Below, piece by piece: positions 52,118-63,294 of a stretch of DNA of 64,000 nt (positions within the stretch are counted from its first letter, which is position 1; each line of letters opens with the position of its first letter). Under the pieces are notes generated by a model. That model had not been told where the DNA came from. It did no database searches and worked only from the letters and a program-made list of their open reading frames with translations. The DNA lies in the NCBI GenBank assembly GCA_049997815.1, contig JBEKVQ010000002.1, forward strand, positions 10,483 through 74,482, read 5' to 3'. This DNA comes from Minisyncoccia bacterium. Lineage in GTDB: Bacteria; Patescibacteriota; Minisyncoccia; UBA6257; GWB1-50-10. The position numbers were made by a program, and so were the translations under genes.

Positions 52118-53794
52118 GTGGATAATAAGAAAATAAAAAGAAACTTATTACGCACTCTATTCATTGTCGGTCTATTGGCAATCGGCATTTTCATTTTCTT
52201 TCGGCCGATGATTTTGTCCGGCTTCCGATATTCCCAGCAGGATACCGGCGACTCCGTATTTAACAATCTCCTTCTCGAGCATTCTTTTCAGGTCGTTTTC
52301 AATCACTCGTATCTTGGTACCGCATGGTCCCCGATATTTTACTATCCCCAGGGAAATGTTTTGGCGTACTCCGATAATTTGTGGGGCAGTGCGCCGATTT
52401 ATTGGCTCGCCAGGGCTTTTTTCACTCCTGAGACGGCATTTCAAATCTGGATGATTGTTGTTGCCATCTTAAATTTTTTCGCCTTTTATCTTTTGGCACG
52501 GAGCTTGAAAATGAATACTTGGTTTTCCGGTTTTGGTTCGTTTCTTTTCGCTTTTTGCCTGCCCCGTTTGGGGCAAATAGGACATCAGCAGCTTTTGCCC
52601 CAATTCTATTCGGCACTCGCCCTGTTCTTTCTGTTCAAGTTCATTCAGGAGAAAAAGTTCAAACACTTTTTGTTTTTTGAGATCTGTGTTTATCTTCAGG
52701 TCCTGGCTGGTATATATTTGGGCTGGTTTCTCCTACTCTCCTTGCCCGTTTTAATTCTCGTCGGCAAACTTTTCTACAAAGATAAGTTCTCCCTTAGACC
52801 GTTTTTGGATTACAGAATATTGATATCGGTTCTAGTATTTTTTGCCGTTTTGGCGGTTACCCTTTCCCCTTATTATTCCGCGCAAAAAGAAATCGGCCCA
52901 CGTTCCTATAGCGAGGTGGAGACACTGATTCCCGGCGTTCGCTCTTACGTGAATATCGCTTCAACCAGCATTTTGTACAATCTCTATCCGCCACAATTGG
53001 AAACTGCGACACAGAACATTCCGGTGAGATACGAGAATTATTTATTTTTGGGATTCTTCGTTTACTTTTTACTTTTGGTCTCCATTGTCGGGTTCGTTCT
53101 TATCCGTAGAAAATATCCGGATAAAACTTTCTGGCCGCCATCTTTCGTCGTCGGCTTCACACTCTTCGCCATCATTACGCTCATATCCCTGCGAATACCT
53201 TTCACCGATTACAGCTTTTGGGTGAACGTTTATAAATTCGTTCCCGGCGCCGGAGCCATCCGCGCGGTGATTAGGGCTTGGACCATCTCTTATCTGTTTC
53301 TATTTCTGGCAATCATGGGTTTGGCTTCCTTGGTTTATTCGAGATCCTCATCAAGGATTTTCAAGGTGCTTCTGGTGGCAATCGGATTGATTGCCTGTCT
53401 TGAACAAATAGATATCAACCCCCGTTATTTTGATCTGGCTAAAGAGCGGGTAATCCAGACCCAGATAGAACAGGCGGTCTCCGCGGCGGTGCGGGAAAAC
53501 AAGATAGATGCCTTTTATCTGCGGTGGGGCGAGAATCAATGGTTCTTTGACTACGAATTGAAAGCGATGTGGGCTAGTATGGATCTGAACGTTCCCACCA
53601 TTGACGGTTATACCGGAAATCTTCCCATGGGATATAAGAGCCTGGTTGATACACTTAGCGACCGCGACATCAGCGACTGGCTGAGGTTTAAAGGTGTGAC
53701 CCCGCTGTCCCGGAAAATACTAATCCTTGATTCCTCGGTTAACGGAGAGGAATTTACGATAGATAAAGCAGAGATTTTGTCTCTGCCCTTTTAG
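52118..53794 (+). CDS. large polytopic membrane protein, possibly a GT-C-type glycosyltransferase partner of the preceding GT2
   Basis: More than 10 TM helices in the N-terminal 400 aa and a soluble C-terminal domain. The functional call is from gene context only. Confidence 0.35.
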   Translation: MDNKKIKRNLLRTLFIVGLLAIGIFIFFRPMILSGFRYSQQDTGDSVFNNLLLEHSFQVVFNHSYLGTAWSPIFYYPQGNVLAYSDNLWGSAPIYWLARAFFTPETAFQIWMIVVAILNFFAFYLLARSLKMNTWFSGFGSFLFAFCLPRLGQIGHQQLLPQFYSALALFFLFKFIQEKKFKHFLFFEICVYLQVLAGIYLGWFLLLSLPVLILVGKLFYKDKFSLRPFLDYRILISVLVFFAVLAVTLSPYYSAQKEIGPRSYSEVETLIPGVRSYVNIASTSILYNLYPPQLETATQNIPVRYENYLFLGFFVYFLLLVSIVGFVLIRRKYPDKTFWPPSFVVGFTLFAIITLISLRIPFTDYSFWVNVYKFVPGAGAIRAVIRAWTISYLFLFLAIMGLASLVYSRSSSRIFKVLLVAIGLIACLEQIDINPRYFDLAKERVIQTQIEQAVSAAVRENKIDAFYLRWGENQWFFDYELKAMWASMDLNVPTIDGYTGNLPMGYKSLVDTLSDRDISDWLRFKGVTPLSRKILILDSSVNGEEFTIDKAEILSLPF

Positions 53795-53819
53795 CGCGGG
53801 CGCTTTTGTTGGATAATAT

Positions 53820-54533
53820 TTGAATATGGCACTTTCGGATAAACAAATTTTGGAGGAGATGAAAGGGGGTGATATTTCCATTCACCCCTTCAACCGAGCC
53901 AATCTCAGTACTTCGAGTTACGATGTGACACTAGGTAAATACTACTTCCGGGAAAGAGGCTCGAAGTATCACATGCCTATCTACAACATTTGGAGCAAGG
54001 CCCACACGGACCATGTCTGGGGCACCAAGCCGTTCGTTGCGGAATCGGCGGAGAAAGTTTTCAAGAAACTTAATTTCTCATGGACGGGTCTTTCGCCGGA
54101 GGACAAGATAATTCTCCTCGATCCGGGAGAGACGATTCTCGCCCACACCAACGAATTCATCGGCGGCAGGAATCACGTTACCACTATGATGAAGGCGCGT
54201 TCCTCGATGGGAAGGAACTTCATCGAGGTGTGCAAATGCGCCGGCTGGGGAGACGTGGGGTACGTGAATCGCTGGACGATGGAGATAACGAACAATTCTT
54301 CGCACTATGCGATACCGCTCGTGGTGGGCAGGCGCATTGCGCAGATAATATTCTTCGAAACCGGGCCGATCTTGGGCAGCGATTACACGAAGAGCGGCAA
54401 GTACGGCAAGAGTGCCGATTTGAAAGAAACGATAAGGAATTGGAAGCCGAAGATGATGCTTCCGAAGTTGTATGAGGATAGAGACATAAAAACCGGGAAG
54501 GTTTCCGAGAAAAGAAATTCGCGGAGGGTATGA
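53820..54533 (+). CDS. dCTP deaminase / dUTPase-family protein
   Basis: NLSTSSYDVTLG and GYVNRWTMEITN motifs typical of the dCTP deaminase fold. Longer than usual at 237 aa. Confidence 0.65.
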   Translation: MNMALSDKQILEEMKGGDISIHPFNRANLSTSSYDVTLGKYYFRERGSKYHMPIYNIWSKAHTDHVWGTKPFVAESAEKVFKKLNFSWTGLSPEDKIILLDPGETILAHTNEFIGGRNHVTTMMKARSSMGRNFIEVCKCAGWGDVGYVNRWTMEITNNSSHYAIPLVVGRRIAQIIFFETGPILGSDYTKSGKYGKSADLKETIRNWKPKMMLPKLYEDRDIKTGKVSEKRNSRRV

Positions 54534-55078
54534 TGAAAACCAAGTTTTTCACCGGCCAGGGCGACAAGGGTCAAAGCGCATTCGGGAAGAAAAAGCTTCC
54601 TAAGGATAACGCGCTTTTCGATTTGCTCGGAGATTTGGATGAGTTGAACTCATGGATTGGATTTGCGCGCGTCGAGGCAAAGAAAGATATGGGTGAAATC
54701 TTGAAAATGGTTCAGCAGGACCTTTTCGTCATTCAAGCCGAGGCGGCGGTTACCGGATTCGGTTACGAGGCCAGGGGTTTCAGCAAGATCGATGCCGGAA
54801 GAACGAGAAACATCGAAAGAATAATTGAAGCGCTCGACAAAAAACTCCCGCCAATCCGCAAATTCATCCTGCCGGGTGGAAGTGAACTCTCGGCGCGTCT
54901 GGATATTGCGCGGGTGATCGCTCGGCGGGCGGAGAGAGCGGCGGTAAGGTTCAACCGAACCAAAAAACTTTCACCAGAATTGCTTCAATTCCTGAACCGG
55001 CTCTCCAGCCTGTTCTTCGCGCTCGCCCGGTACGCCAATCGCAAGAAGGGCGTAAAGGAGGAGAATCCGAAGTACTAA
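54530..55078 (+). CDS. PduO-type ATP:cob(I)alamin adenosyltransferase
   Basis: N-terminal TGQGDKGQS (TRTGD-G-T-like) motif and the PduO-type helical-bundle pattern. Confidence 0.7.
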   Translation: MMKTKFFTGQGDKGQSAFGKKKLPKDNALFDLLGDLDELNSWIGFARVEAKKDMGEILKMVQQDLFVIQAEAAVTGFGYEARGFSKIDAGRTRNIERIIEALDKKLPPIRKFILPGGSELSARLDIARVIARRAERAAVRFNRTKKLSPELLQFLNRLSSLFFALARYANRKKGVKEENPKY

Positions 55079-55095
55079 TGGTGTAAAATAATAAT

Positions 55096-55581
55096 ATGCT
55101 TACCTTAGAAGAAATGTTGTTGCGTTTGGGGCTCGCAATCCTCTTGGGTCTCATTGTGGGACTGGAGCGAGAGATTGCCGGAAAGGAGGCGGGCCTCCGG
55201 ACCGACATGATGGTTGCGGCCGGCTCGGCGATATTCGCTATCGTCGGCGTCACACTGCCGTACCTCGTGGCCGTATCACCCGAGAACCTGCCCGATGTCA
55301 TCGCCCGGAATAGCGGGTTCCTGACTGTGATAGCGAACGTGGTTGTAGGCGTGGGTTTTTTGGGAGCGGGAATCATCGTGAAACACGGCGTCCATGTGCG
55401 CGGGCTTACCACGGCGGCCACAATTTGGTTCGTATCCGCCATCGGAATTTTGTGCGGTATCGGCCTTACCAATTTTGCCATTATCTCGGCTATAGGTATC
55501 ACAGTCATTCTGGAGCTCCTGCGCCGGAGCAATCTTCATGGATTTTCCGGTAAAGGAGGGGAGAGTGACCCCGAAAGATAG
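55096..55581 (+). CDS. MgtC/SapB-family membrane protein
   Basis: LGLIVGLEREIAGKEAGLRTDMMVAAGSAIF is a very typical MgtC N-terminus. Confidence 0.75.
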   Translation: MLTLEEMLLRLGLAILLGLIVGLEREIAGKEAGLRTDMMVAAGSAIFAIVGVTLPYLVAVSPENLPDVIARNSGFLTVIANVVVGVGFLGAGIIVKHGVHVRGLTTAATIWFVSAIGILCGIGLTNFAIISAIGITVILELLRRSNLHGFSGKGGESDPER

Positions 55582-55587
55582 CGGAGC

Positions 55588-56175
55588 ATGAGTGGAGAGA
55601 AATTTATTCCGGAAGAGGGCGTCAGCTACTCGGCGGGCACGGCCTACATTTGGTTCAGGGACAAAGAGCCGCAGTTGCTTTTGGTTTTGCAGAAAGCCGG
55701 AGAGAAGAATACCCAGAAAACCGGAGAGGTTTTTATAGAGGAAAAAGTTTGGAAGATGCCGATGGGCCACTTTGACCCGCAAAAGGACGAGGACCTTGTC
55801 GCGACGGCGCTTCGGGAATTCGGAGAAGAATCCGGCCTGACTTTCGATAAAAAGCTCATTGACCCGGCGCTCTCGGTCGCGTTGCGCATTCCATCGGAGC
55901 GGCCTGGCGCCCAATTCCATGAGGACAGGTTTTTTCTCATCGTAACGGAAGAAGAATTGAAACCGGCCGACGGTACGGTTAGGGATGAAGCGATAGAAAG
56001 AGCGAAGTTCTTTTCTTTGAAGAAATTGCCGGACGGGAAAACGGAAGAATCCGAGGGCGCGATGCTTTCTTGGGGCCACCGGAAAAAGCTGATGAAATTG
56101 CTCGTGGCCTGCGAAGAAAATCCGAAAGGCAAAGAGATAGTGGAAAATTTATTGAAAAGCCTTTCGGAGAAATAA
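55588..56175 (+). CDS. NUDIX hydrolase
   Basis: GHFDPQKDEDLVATALREFGEESGL Nudix box. Confidence 0.7.
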   Translation: MSGEKFIPEEGVSYSAGTAYIWFRDKEPQLLLVLQKAGEKNTQKTGEVFIEEKVWKMPMGHFDPQKDEDLVATALREFGEESGLTFDKKLIDPALSVALRIPSERPGAQFHEDRFFLIVTEEELKPADGTVRDEAIERAKFFSLKKLPDGKTEESEGAMLSWGHRKKLMKLLVACEENPKGKEIVENLLKSLSEK

Positions 56176-56460
56176 AAAGCCCCCCGAGTGGTTATTCGGA
56201 GGGTTGGATCTTGGTTTTGTTTCTGCAATAGCAGAAACACTTGAGAGAACGGAATTCCCATTGATCTGTGGACCAGGTTGAAATGGTTTTGGGACCGTAT
56301 GCGCTGCAGCACATAAGTCGCCGAAACAGAACCCTAATTATATGGAATTAGTCCGGTGTCTCTCACCACTAGTTTTATTAATTCACTAATGTCATGTTAG
56401 CATTTAATTTAAATAAAGTCAATATCCAAAAACGCAGATAAAACCTATATAATTCAAGCT

Positions 56461-57618
56461 ATGAAGCCGAAAAGGATATATCTGGATTTTGCCGCTTCAA
56501 CACCAACGGACCCGGCGGTAGTGAAGGCGATGATGCCCTATTTTACGGAAGAGTTTGGAAACCCCGGTTCGTTGCATTCTTTCGGACAGGAAGCGCAGGG
56601 TGCGGTGGACAAAGCCCGCGAGTCGGTTGCGAAGGCGATTGGCGCAGATTTCCGGGAAGTGATTTTTACGGGGTCGGCGACGGAAGCAAACAACCTCGTT
56701 TTACGCGGGGTGACCGGGGCGGCACGACCCATCAGGCCAAAAATCATTATTAGTAGCATTGAACACGAATCGATTCTAGATACCGCGAGAGATTTGGAGA
56801 AAGACGCCTGCCTGCGCAGGCAGGGTGTGGAGATGGTTTATATCCCGGTGGACAAAAAGGGCATTGTCGACATTGAGAAAATAAAAGACGCATTGGACGG
56901 ACGAACCACTCTCGTTTCTGTAATGTACGTGAATAACGAGATCGGAAGCATCCAGCCCATTCAGGAAATTTCCAGACTAATCAAGAATTCCGGCGGGCAC
57001 GCGCTCCTACATACGGACGCCGCTCAGGCATTTAACTATTTTGATTGTAATGTTAAAAAACTCGGCGTGGATTTAATGACGCTTTCCGGGCAGAAAATTT
57101 ACGGTCCCAAGGGAATCGGGGCTCTGTATGTCGGTAAATCCGCGCAGGAAAAATTAAAACCCATCGTCACCGGGGGCGGACAGGAGTTCGGATTGCGTTC
57201 CGGCACCGAAAACGTTGCGGCTATCGTCGGTTTCGGGAAGGCAGTTGAACTGGCGGAAAAAAGCAGGAGTAAGAATACGAAAGAGGTCAAAGCACTCAAG
57301 GATTATTTCTGGCGCGGGCTCAAGAAATTCTATCCGCAGGCCGAGATGAATGGCGATTCAAAAGCACCCCATATCCTGAACGTTTATTTTCCCACGGAGT
57401 ATGCTGGCGACCTGCTCGTAAAGCTCGATATTGCCGGCGTGGCCGCTTCCGCCGGTTCGGCCTGCTCGGCCCGGTCTTATGCTCCGTCCCCGGTCCTCCA
57501 GGCACTCGGGCTTTCGCAAGAACGGGTGCGGGGAAGCTTGCGGTTCAGTTTCGGAAAAACCCTGAAAACTGAGGATATGAAAAGGGCGTTGAAACAAATT
57601 GAGGGAGTTATTCGTTAA
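56461..57618 (+). CDS. cysteine desulfurase (class V aminotransferase, IscS/NifS-like)
   Basis: YLDFAASTP N-terminus, PLP-lysine region SGQKIYGPKGIGALYV and the C-terminal SAGSACS active-site Cys loop. Confidence 0.85.
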   Translation: MKPKRIYLDFAASTPTDPAVVKAMMPYFTEEFGNPGSLHSFGQEAQGAVDKARESVAKAIGADFREVIFTGSATEANNLVLRGVTGAARPIRPKIIISSIEHESILDTARDLEKDACLRRQGVEMVYIPVDKKGIVDIEKIKDALDGRTTLVSVMYVNNEIGSIQPIQEISRLIKNSGGHALLHTDAAQAFNYFDCNVKKLGVDLMTLSGQKIYGPKGIGALYVGKSAQEKLKPIVTGGGQEFGLRSGTENVAAIVGFGKAVELAEKSRSKNTKEVKALKDYFWRGLKKFYPQAEMNGDSKAPHILNVYFPTEYAGDLLVKLDIAGVAASAGSACSARSYAPSPVLQALGLSQERVRGSLRFSFGKTLKTEDMKRALKQIEGVIR

Positions 57619-57708
57619 TATAATTACGGAATAGGTTGACCCAAATCCGGAATCTCCTAGAATTATTAAATAAGAACCCTTTTGTCCAAGGGGCAGTAAG
57701 TAAAAAAT

Positions 57709-58494
57709 ATGGAAAAAACAAAACAGTATTTAAATATCGCGATAATAATAGCGCTTTTGGTCGGAGCATATTCGGTGTGGTCCTACGCCTCAAGTTACGG
57801 GGAATCGATTCAGCCGTCGTCCTTCCGGAGTTTTTCGGTTTCGGGCGAAGGAAAAATTGTGGCGGTGCCGGACGTGGCCCAGTTTGATTTCAGTGTCGTT
57901 ACCGAGGGCGGTAAAGATCTCGGTTCTCTCCAGGCGGATAATACGAAGAAGGTGAACTCCGCGATAGATTTCGTGAAGACGAATGGCGTCGACAGTAAGG
58001 ATATCCAGACGCAGAACTACAGCATTTCTCCCCGCTATCAAACGTACAATTGTTATCGTCCCCTCGATTCTGTGAACGTCCAGCCGTGTCCGCCCGCCGA
58101 GATAGTGGGCTATTCAGTGAGCCAGGACGTGCAAGTGAAGATCCGCGACTTCTCGAAAATCGGCGATATATTGGGCGGTGTGGTGAAAGCCGGCGCGAAC
58201 ACTGTCTCCCAACTTCAGTTCACTATCGATGACCCCGATTCCGTAAAATCTCAAGCACGCGCCGAGGCGATAACGAAAGCCAGAGCAAAGGCGAAAGAAG
58301 TGGCGAAGGCCGGCGGTTTCAGCGTGGGGCGGTTGTTGGGTATAGACGAATCCGGTCCCTCGCCAATCTACTATAGTTACGATACGGGTGGCGCGGCCAT
58401 GGAAAAAAGCGTGGCGGCGGTTCCGGCCCCCTCGATCGAGCCCGGTTCCCAGGATGTGACGGTGGATGTAACGTTGCGCTACGAAATTCGTTAA
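57709..58494 (+). CDS. SIMPL/DUF541-domain periplasmic protein
   Basis: N-terminal anchor, then the SIMPL-like pattern (...VSGEGKIVAVPDVAQFDFSV...). Confidence 0.65.
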   Translation: MEKTKQYLNIAIIIALLVGAYSVWSYASSYGESIQPSSFRSFSVSGEGKIVAVPDVAQFDFSVVTEGGKDLGSLQADNTKKVNSAIDFVKTNGVDSKDIQTQNYSISPRYQTYNCYRPLDSVNVQPCPPAEIVGYSVSQDVQVKIRDFSKIGDILGGVVKAGANTVSQLQFTIDDPDSVKSQARAEAITKARAKAKEVAKAGGFSVGRLLGIDESGPSPIYYSYDTGGAAMEKSVAAVPAPSIEPGSQDVTVDVTLRYEIR

Positions 58495-58514
58495 TAAAAA
58501 TTAGGTAGGACAAC

Positions 58515-59738
58515 ATGAACAAGAAAATTATAGCCATAATCATCACGGCTGGGCTTATCGGCGGTTTTTTCGGCTCGCTTGCGGCCTCCGATCTAGCGAG
58601 AGCGAGCGTTTTGGATAATATTTGGAATTTCATCACCGGTTCGAACGCGACGTCGACCCCTTTAACTGCGCCGGCGAAGGCCGTAACGCCGTACGCGCCG
58701 ACCATCGATTACGAGCAGGCGATAATAAGCGCAGTAGAAAAGGCCTCGCCCTCGGTGGTTTCGGTCGTCATCTCAAAAGATCTTCCGGTTATAGAGCAGT
58801 GTCCTTACAGCCCCTGGAGCAATTTGCCTCCGGAGTTCCAGCAATTTTTCGGCGGCGATAATCCGCAATTCACCCAACCATGCGATACCGGGAAGACCCA
58901 GAGGCAGGAAGTAGGCGGCGGTAGCGGATTCATCATTTCTTCGGATGGAATGATTTTGACGAACAAGCACGTGGTCTCGGACACGAGCGCCGATTACACC
59001 GTGCTCACTAACGACGGCAAAAAGTACGATGCGAAAGTTCTGGCGCGCGACCCGGCCCAGGATCTGGCGGTCTTGAAGATAGATGCGAACGATTTGCCGG
59101 TCGTGTCCCTTGGTGATTCGGACTCGATAAAACTCGGCCAGACAGCAATTGCGATCGGGAATGCCTTAGGCGAGTTCCGGAACACGGTCTCGGTAGGCGC
59201 CATTTCCGGCCTATACCGCTCCATTACTGCTTCCGGCGGCTCATTCGGTTCAGAGTCGCTTCAGAACTTGATCCAGACGGATGCATTGAACCTTAAAGGT
59301 GAGGTTGTCGGCATCGATACGGCTGTTGCCTCGGACGCCCAGAACATCGGTTTTGCCATTCCCATCAATCAGGCCAAGCGGGATATTCAATCGGTGAAGG
59401 CGACCGGAAGCATAAAGATACCGTATCTGGGCGTGCGTTATATCGCGGTCACGTCCGATGTCGTGAAGAGCCAGAAGCTTTCGGTTGATCACGGCGCGCT
59501 CGTGCGCGGAAGTCAGGACGGTCCGGCGGTGATAAAGGGCTCTCCGGCCGATAAGGCGGGAGTTCAGGCGGAGGATATAATTTTGGAAGTGAACGGCGTG
59601 AAGGTGGATGAAAATAATGCTCTCACAAATCTGGTTCAGCGCTACAATATTGGCGACACCATCACCCTTAAAATCCAGAGGGGGGATAAAACGCTCGATA
59701 TTCCGGTGACTTTAACTGAACGGCCCGCGAATCAGTAG
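58515..59738 (+). CDS. htrA: HtrA/DegP-family serine protease with a PDZ domain
   Basis: Catalytic triad regions HVV, D and GGGSGFII (GNSGG-type), plus C-terminal PDZ. Confidence 0.85.
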   Translation: MNKKIIAIIITAGLIGGFFGSLAASDLARASVLDNIWNFITGSNATSTPLTAPAKAVTPYAPTIDYEQAIISAVEKASPSVVSVVISKDLPVIEQCPYSPWSNLPPEFQQFFGGDNPQFTQPCDTGKTQRQEVGGGSGFIISSDGMILTNKHVVSDTSADYTVLTNDGKKYDAKVLARDPAQDLAVLKIDANDLPVVSLGDSDSIKLGQTAIAIGNALGEFRNTVSVGAISGLYRSITASGGSFGSESLQNLIQTDALNLKGEVVGIDTAVASDAQNIGFAIPINQAKRDIQSVKATGSIKIPYLGVRYIAVTSDVVKSQKLSVDHGALVRGSQDGPAVIKGSPADKAGVQAEDIILEVNGVKVDENNALTNLVQRYNIGDTITLKIQRGDKTLDIPVTLTERPANQ

Positions 59739-59852
59739 GAAAAACACTCCCGCAAGGGAGTGTTTTTAATTGGTGGGATTTCGCTATAATTAAGGGAAGT
59801 TCAATAGTTCTTTTTTAGAACTCCAAAGGTCGAGAAAAATAACATTAAAAAT

Positions 59853-60485
59853 ATGAAGAAATTTATTATTGTTGCTTCTCTCACCGTTCTCGCTATACCG
59901 GTTCTTTCTTTCGCCCAAAGCAGCTCGTCTTGTGGGATGCCGGTTAATCCGGCAACCGCGGCTGATTGGATAAACACAATCTCTTGCTTACAAAGCCGTA
60001 TCAGTAATCTTGAAAGCCGCATAAGCGCTCTGGAGTCGCGGGGTATAAGTTATCCGACAACTCCGGGCGGACAGACCGTGCCGATACCAAGCTATCCAAC
60101 CACTCCGACAACTCCAATCGGTGTTCCCGCCACCCCAGTTATCCCTTCAAATGGTGGAGCCACCATTCCTGGCGGTCCTATCGGCACGCCAGCCACGCCG
60201 ATTTATGGCGGCGCGACAAGTGTCGGCACCGTTCAACAGGGTGTCACGAGCGATGCAGTGAAAGCGGTTCAGACCTTCCTCCGGTCAGCCGGAACGTTTA
60301 ATACGGCTCCAACCGGATATTTCGGAACGGTCACGAAGAGCGCGGTTCAGCAATTCCAGGCCGCTCAGGGACTGACCCAGACCGGCACGGTTGACCAGGC
60401 GACACTGAATAAGATTCAGACGTTAGCGCCTCAAGTTGCGCCGAGCACAGCGGCGACATTACAGCAGGTAAAAGTATCGCAGTAG
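59853..60485 (+). CDS. secreted protein with a Pro/Thr-rich linker and a C-terminal peptidoglycan-binding-like domain
   Basis: Signal peptide, a short coiled coil (LESRISALESRG), a PT-rich spacer, and an AVKAVQTFL...GYFG..T..AV..FQ..QGL pattern typical of PG_binding_1. Confidence 0.5.
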   Translation: MKKFIIVASLTVLAIPVLSFAQSSSSCGMPVNPATAADWINTISCLQSRISNLESRISALESRGISYPTTPGGQTVPIPSYPTTPTTPIGVPATPVIPSNGGATIPGGPIGTPATPIYGGATSVGTVQQGVTSDAVKAVQTFLRSAGTFNTAPTGYFGTVTKSAVQQFQAAQGLTQTGTVDQATLNKIQTLAPQVAPSTAATLQQVKVSQ

Positions 60486-60611
60486 AAGATATCCACGGTC
60501 TTCTTTAGTGGTTCGAAAGAGGGGAATATTCACCCCTCTTTTGAATTAGCACTCAATATTGACTCTTGCTAATCTTATAAAAATCGCCTATCATCGGGTA
60601 TAATAAAACAA

Positions 60612-63278
60612 ATGCCGAATTTCCAACGTTTCACCATTAAGGCCCAGGAGGCGCTCCAGAACGCCCAAGAGTCGGTGGCCCGGTACAATCACGGGGAATT
60701 GAAAGCCCTCCATCTTTTGTCCGCGCTTTTAAGCGACGAGCAGACGCTCGTGCGGCCCCTTCTCGTGCGCTCGAACGTTAACGTCTCCGAGTTGGAACGT
60801 GCGACATCGGAAGCGCTCCAGAATTTTCCCAAGATATTCGCGGCTGGCGGCGTCGGCCAACTTTATCTTTCCCAGGAACTGATGAAGATTTTGGATAAGG
60901 CAGGCGAGATAGCGCTCAAATTCAAAGATGAATTCATCTCATGCGAACATTTACTCATGGCGCTTCTGGATGTCCCATCGTCGGCTCAGGAGCTTTTGAA
61001 CCGCTTCGGAGCGCGGAGGGAGGTTTTGGGACGAACGCTTGCTCAGCTTCGCGGTTCGGTCCGGGTTACGGACGAGACTCCGGAGAGCAAGTTCCAAGTT
61101 CTTGAGAAGTATGCGGTGAATCTCACCCAAAAAGCGCGGGATGGGAAACTGGACCCGGTCATCGGCCGCGAGGATGAACTCCGGCGCCTGATGCAGATAC
61201 TCTCCAGGCGGACGAAAAATAATCCAGTTCTCATTGGTGAACCGGGCGTGGGAAAGACCGCTATTGTGGAGGGCCTAGCCCAGAAGATAATTGCGGGCGA
61301 TATTCCCGAAACGCTCAAGAACAAGGAGGTTGTAATGCTCGACATTGGCTCTCTCGTCGCCGGCACCAAGTTCCGCGGAGAGTTTGAGGACCGCTTCAAG
61401 GCGTTTCTGAAAGAAGTTCAAAATTCGGAGGGGAAGATAATCCTTTTCATTGACGAAATTCATATGATAGTCGGAGCGGGCCAAGCCGAGGGCGCAATTG
61501 ATGCGGCAAACATGCTGAAGCCGGCCCTGGCGCGCGGCGAGCTTCATGCGATTGGCGCAACCACGCTCAAGGAATATCAAAAATACATCGAGAAGGATGC
61601 GGCCTTGGAGCGCCGTTTCCAACCGATCTTGGTTGAAGAGCCGACGGTGGAGGACTCCATCTCCATTCTCCGCGGGCTCAAGGAAAAATACGAAATGCAT
61701 CACGGTTTGAAGATTACGGATAACGCGATAATCGCAGCCGTGAATTTGGGCGCGCGCTATATTACGGATAGATTCTTGCCGGACAAGGCCGTGGACCTGA
61801 TAGACGAGGCGGCCGCGGCGAGGCGATTGGAATCGGATAGCTTGCCGCGCGAGATAGAGAAGGTTAGGAAGGAAATTACCCAGCTTGAGGTGGAAAAATC
61901 CGCCCTGATGAAGGAATCAAAAGGACAGCCCGGTAAGAAGAGCGTGAAAAAATCTCCGCGACTCAAGGAGGTGGAAAAAGAATTGAAGGGTTTGAAAGAA
62001 AGGAATGATGAACTCTCCGCCCAGTGGCAGGGAGAAAAAATCGGAGTGGAGAATCTCCATGACCTGCGGCGGGAGATAGAGGACTTGAAGCGAGCGGCCG
62101 AAGTGGCCGAGCGAGAGGGGAACTTCGACCGCGTGGCACAGATCCGCTACGGCGAGCTTCCCAAATCCGAAAAACGTTATTCTGATCTGGAGAAGAAGTA
62201 CGAAAACAAAACGAAGGCCAAGAAAAGCGCCGGCGGACATTTCATAAAAGAAACGGTGGATGAGGAAGACATTGCGGCCGTAGTTTCCCGGTGGACCGGG
62301 ATTCCGATGTCGCGGATGCTTGAATCCGAAATGAATAAATTATCCCGCATTGAAGAGGCCCTGGAGGAGCGAGTGGTCGGCCAAAAAGAAGCGATTGAGG
62401 CAGTTGCCAGAGCTCTTAGGCGCTCGCGCGCTGGCCTGGCTGACGAAGACCGCCCATCGGGCTCGTTCATGTTCCTGGGTCCCACGGGCGTAGGCAAGAC
62501 CGAGCTCGCCAGGGCTTTGGCCGAGTTCATGTTCAACGACGAAAAAGCGCTCGTGCGGATAGACATGTCCGAATACATGGAACGGCATGCGGTTTCGCGC
62601 CTAATAGGGTCCCCGCCCGGCTACGTCGGCCACGAAGAAGGCGGCCAGCTCACCGAGATAATCCGCCACCGGCCTTACAGCCTGATACTTTTTGATGAAA
62701 TTGAAAAAGCCCACCCCGAAGTGTTCAATATCCTTCTTCAGATGCTCGACAACGGTCGGCTCACCGATTCCAAGGGCAAGGTGGTGAATTTCAAGAATGC
62801 GGTCATCATTCTCACGTCGAATGTCGGAAGTGATTACTTCCGCGAGATGTCCGGTTTGGGTTTCAATTCCGGAAAGAGTGAGGAAGAATTTCAGAATAAG
62901 GAGGAAAAGTTCCGCGACCAGGTGATGGGAGCACTCCGCGATACCTTCCGTCCGGAATTTTTGAACCGCTTGGACGAAACGATCATATTCAACTCGCTCA
63001 CTCCGGCGGTGGTGGAAAAGATAGTGGATATCCAGCTCGAGGAGGTGAAAAAACGTCTGGCCGAGAAGGGGATGACCCTGAATATCCGGGCTGAGGTCAA
63101 GAAGTATCTGGTTCAAAACGGCTTTGATCCGGATTTCGGCGCCCGACCGGTAAAACGCCTCATCCAAAAAGTGATTGTGGACGCTCTGGCCGATAAAATA
63201 GTCCGGGGTTCGCTCAAAGATGGTCAAAAAATTAACGTCGTTCTTACGAAAGACAACCGGGTGGAAATTGCCCGCTAA
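60612..63278 (+). CDS. clpB: chaperone ClpB (Hsp100 disaggregase)
   Basis: Clp_N repeats; D1 has [15 protein letters not shown] and FIDEIH; a long coiled-coil M-domain; D2 has [11 protein letters not shown] and LFDEIEKAH. No ClpP-docking loop. Confidence 0.9.
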   Translation: MPNFQRFTIKAQEALQNAQESVARYNHGELKALHLLSALLSDEQTLVRPLLVRSNVNVSELERATSEALQNFPKIFAAGGVGQLYLSQELMKILDKAGEIALKFKDEFISCEHLLMALLDVPSSAQELLNRFGARREVLGRTLAQLRGSVRVTDETPESKFQVLEKYAVNLTQKARDGKLDPVIGREDELRRLMQILSRRTKNNPVLIGEPGVGKTAIVEGLAQKIIAGDIPETLKNKEVVMLDIGSLVAGTKFRGEFEDRFKAFLKEVQNSEGKIILFIDEIHMIVGAGQAEGAIDAANMLKPALARGELHAIGATTLKEYQKYIEKDAALERRFQPILVEEPTVEDSISILRGLKEKYEMHHGLKITDNAIIAAVNLGARYITDRFLPDKAVDLIDEAAAARRLESDSLPREIEKVRKEITQLEVEKSALMKESKGQPGKKSVKKSPRLKEVEKELKGLKERNDELSAQWQGEKIGVENLHDLRREIEDLKRAAEVAEREGNFDRVAQIRYGELPKSEKRYSDLEKKYENKTKAKKSAGGHFIKETVDEEDIAAVVSRWTGIPMSRMLESEMNKLSRIEEALEERVVGQKEAIEAVARALRRSRAGLADEDRPSGSFMFLGPTGVGKTELARALAEFMFNDEKALVRIDMSEYMERHAVSRLIGSPPGYVGHEEGGQLTEIIRHRPYSLILFDEIEKAHPEVFNILLQMLDNGRLTDSKGKVVNFKNAVIILTSNVGSDYFREMSGLGFNSGKSEEEFQNKEEKFRDQVMGALRDTFRPEFLNRLDETIIFNSLTPAVVEKIVDIQLEEVKKRLAEKGMTLNIRAEVKKYLVQNGFDPDFGARPVKRLIQKVIVDALADKIVRGSLKDGQKINVVLTKDNRVEIAR

Positions 63279-63294
63279 GGCGGGAGCGGTCTCC

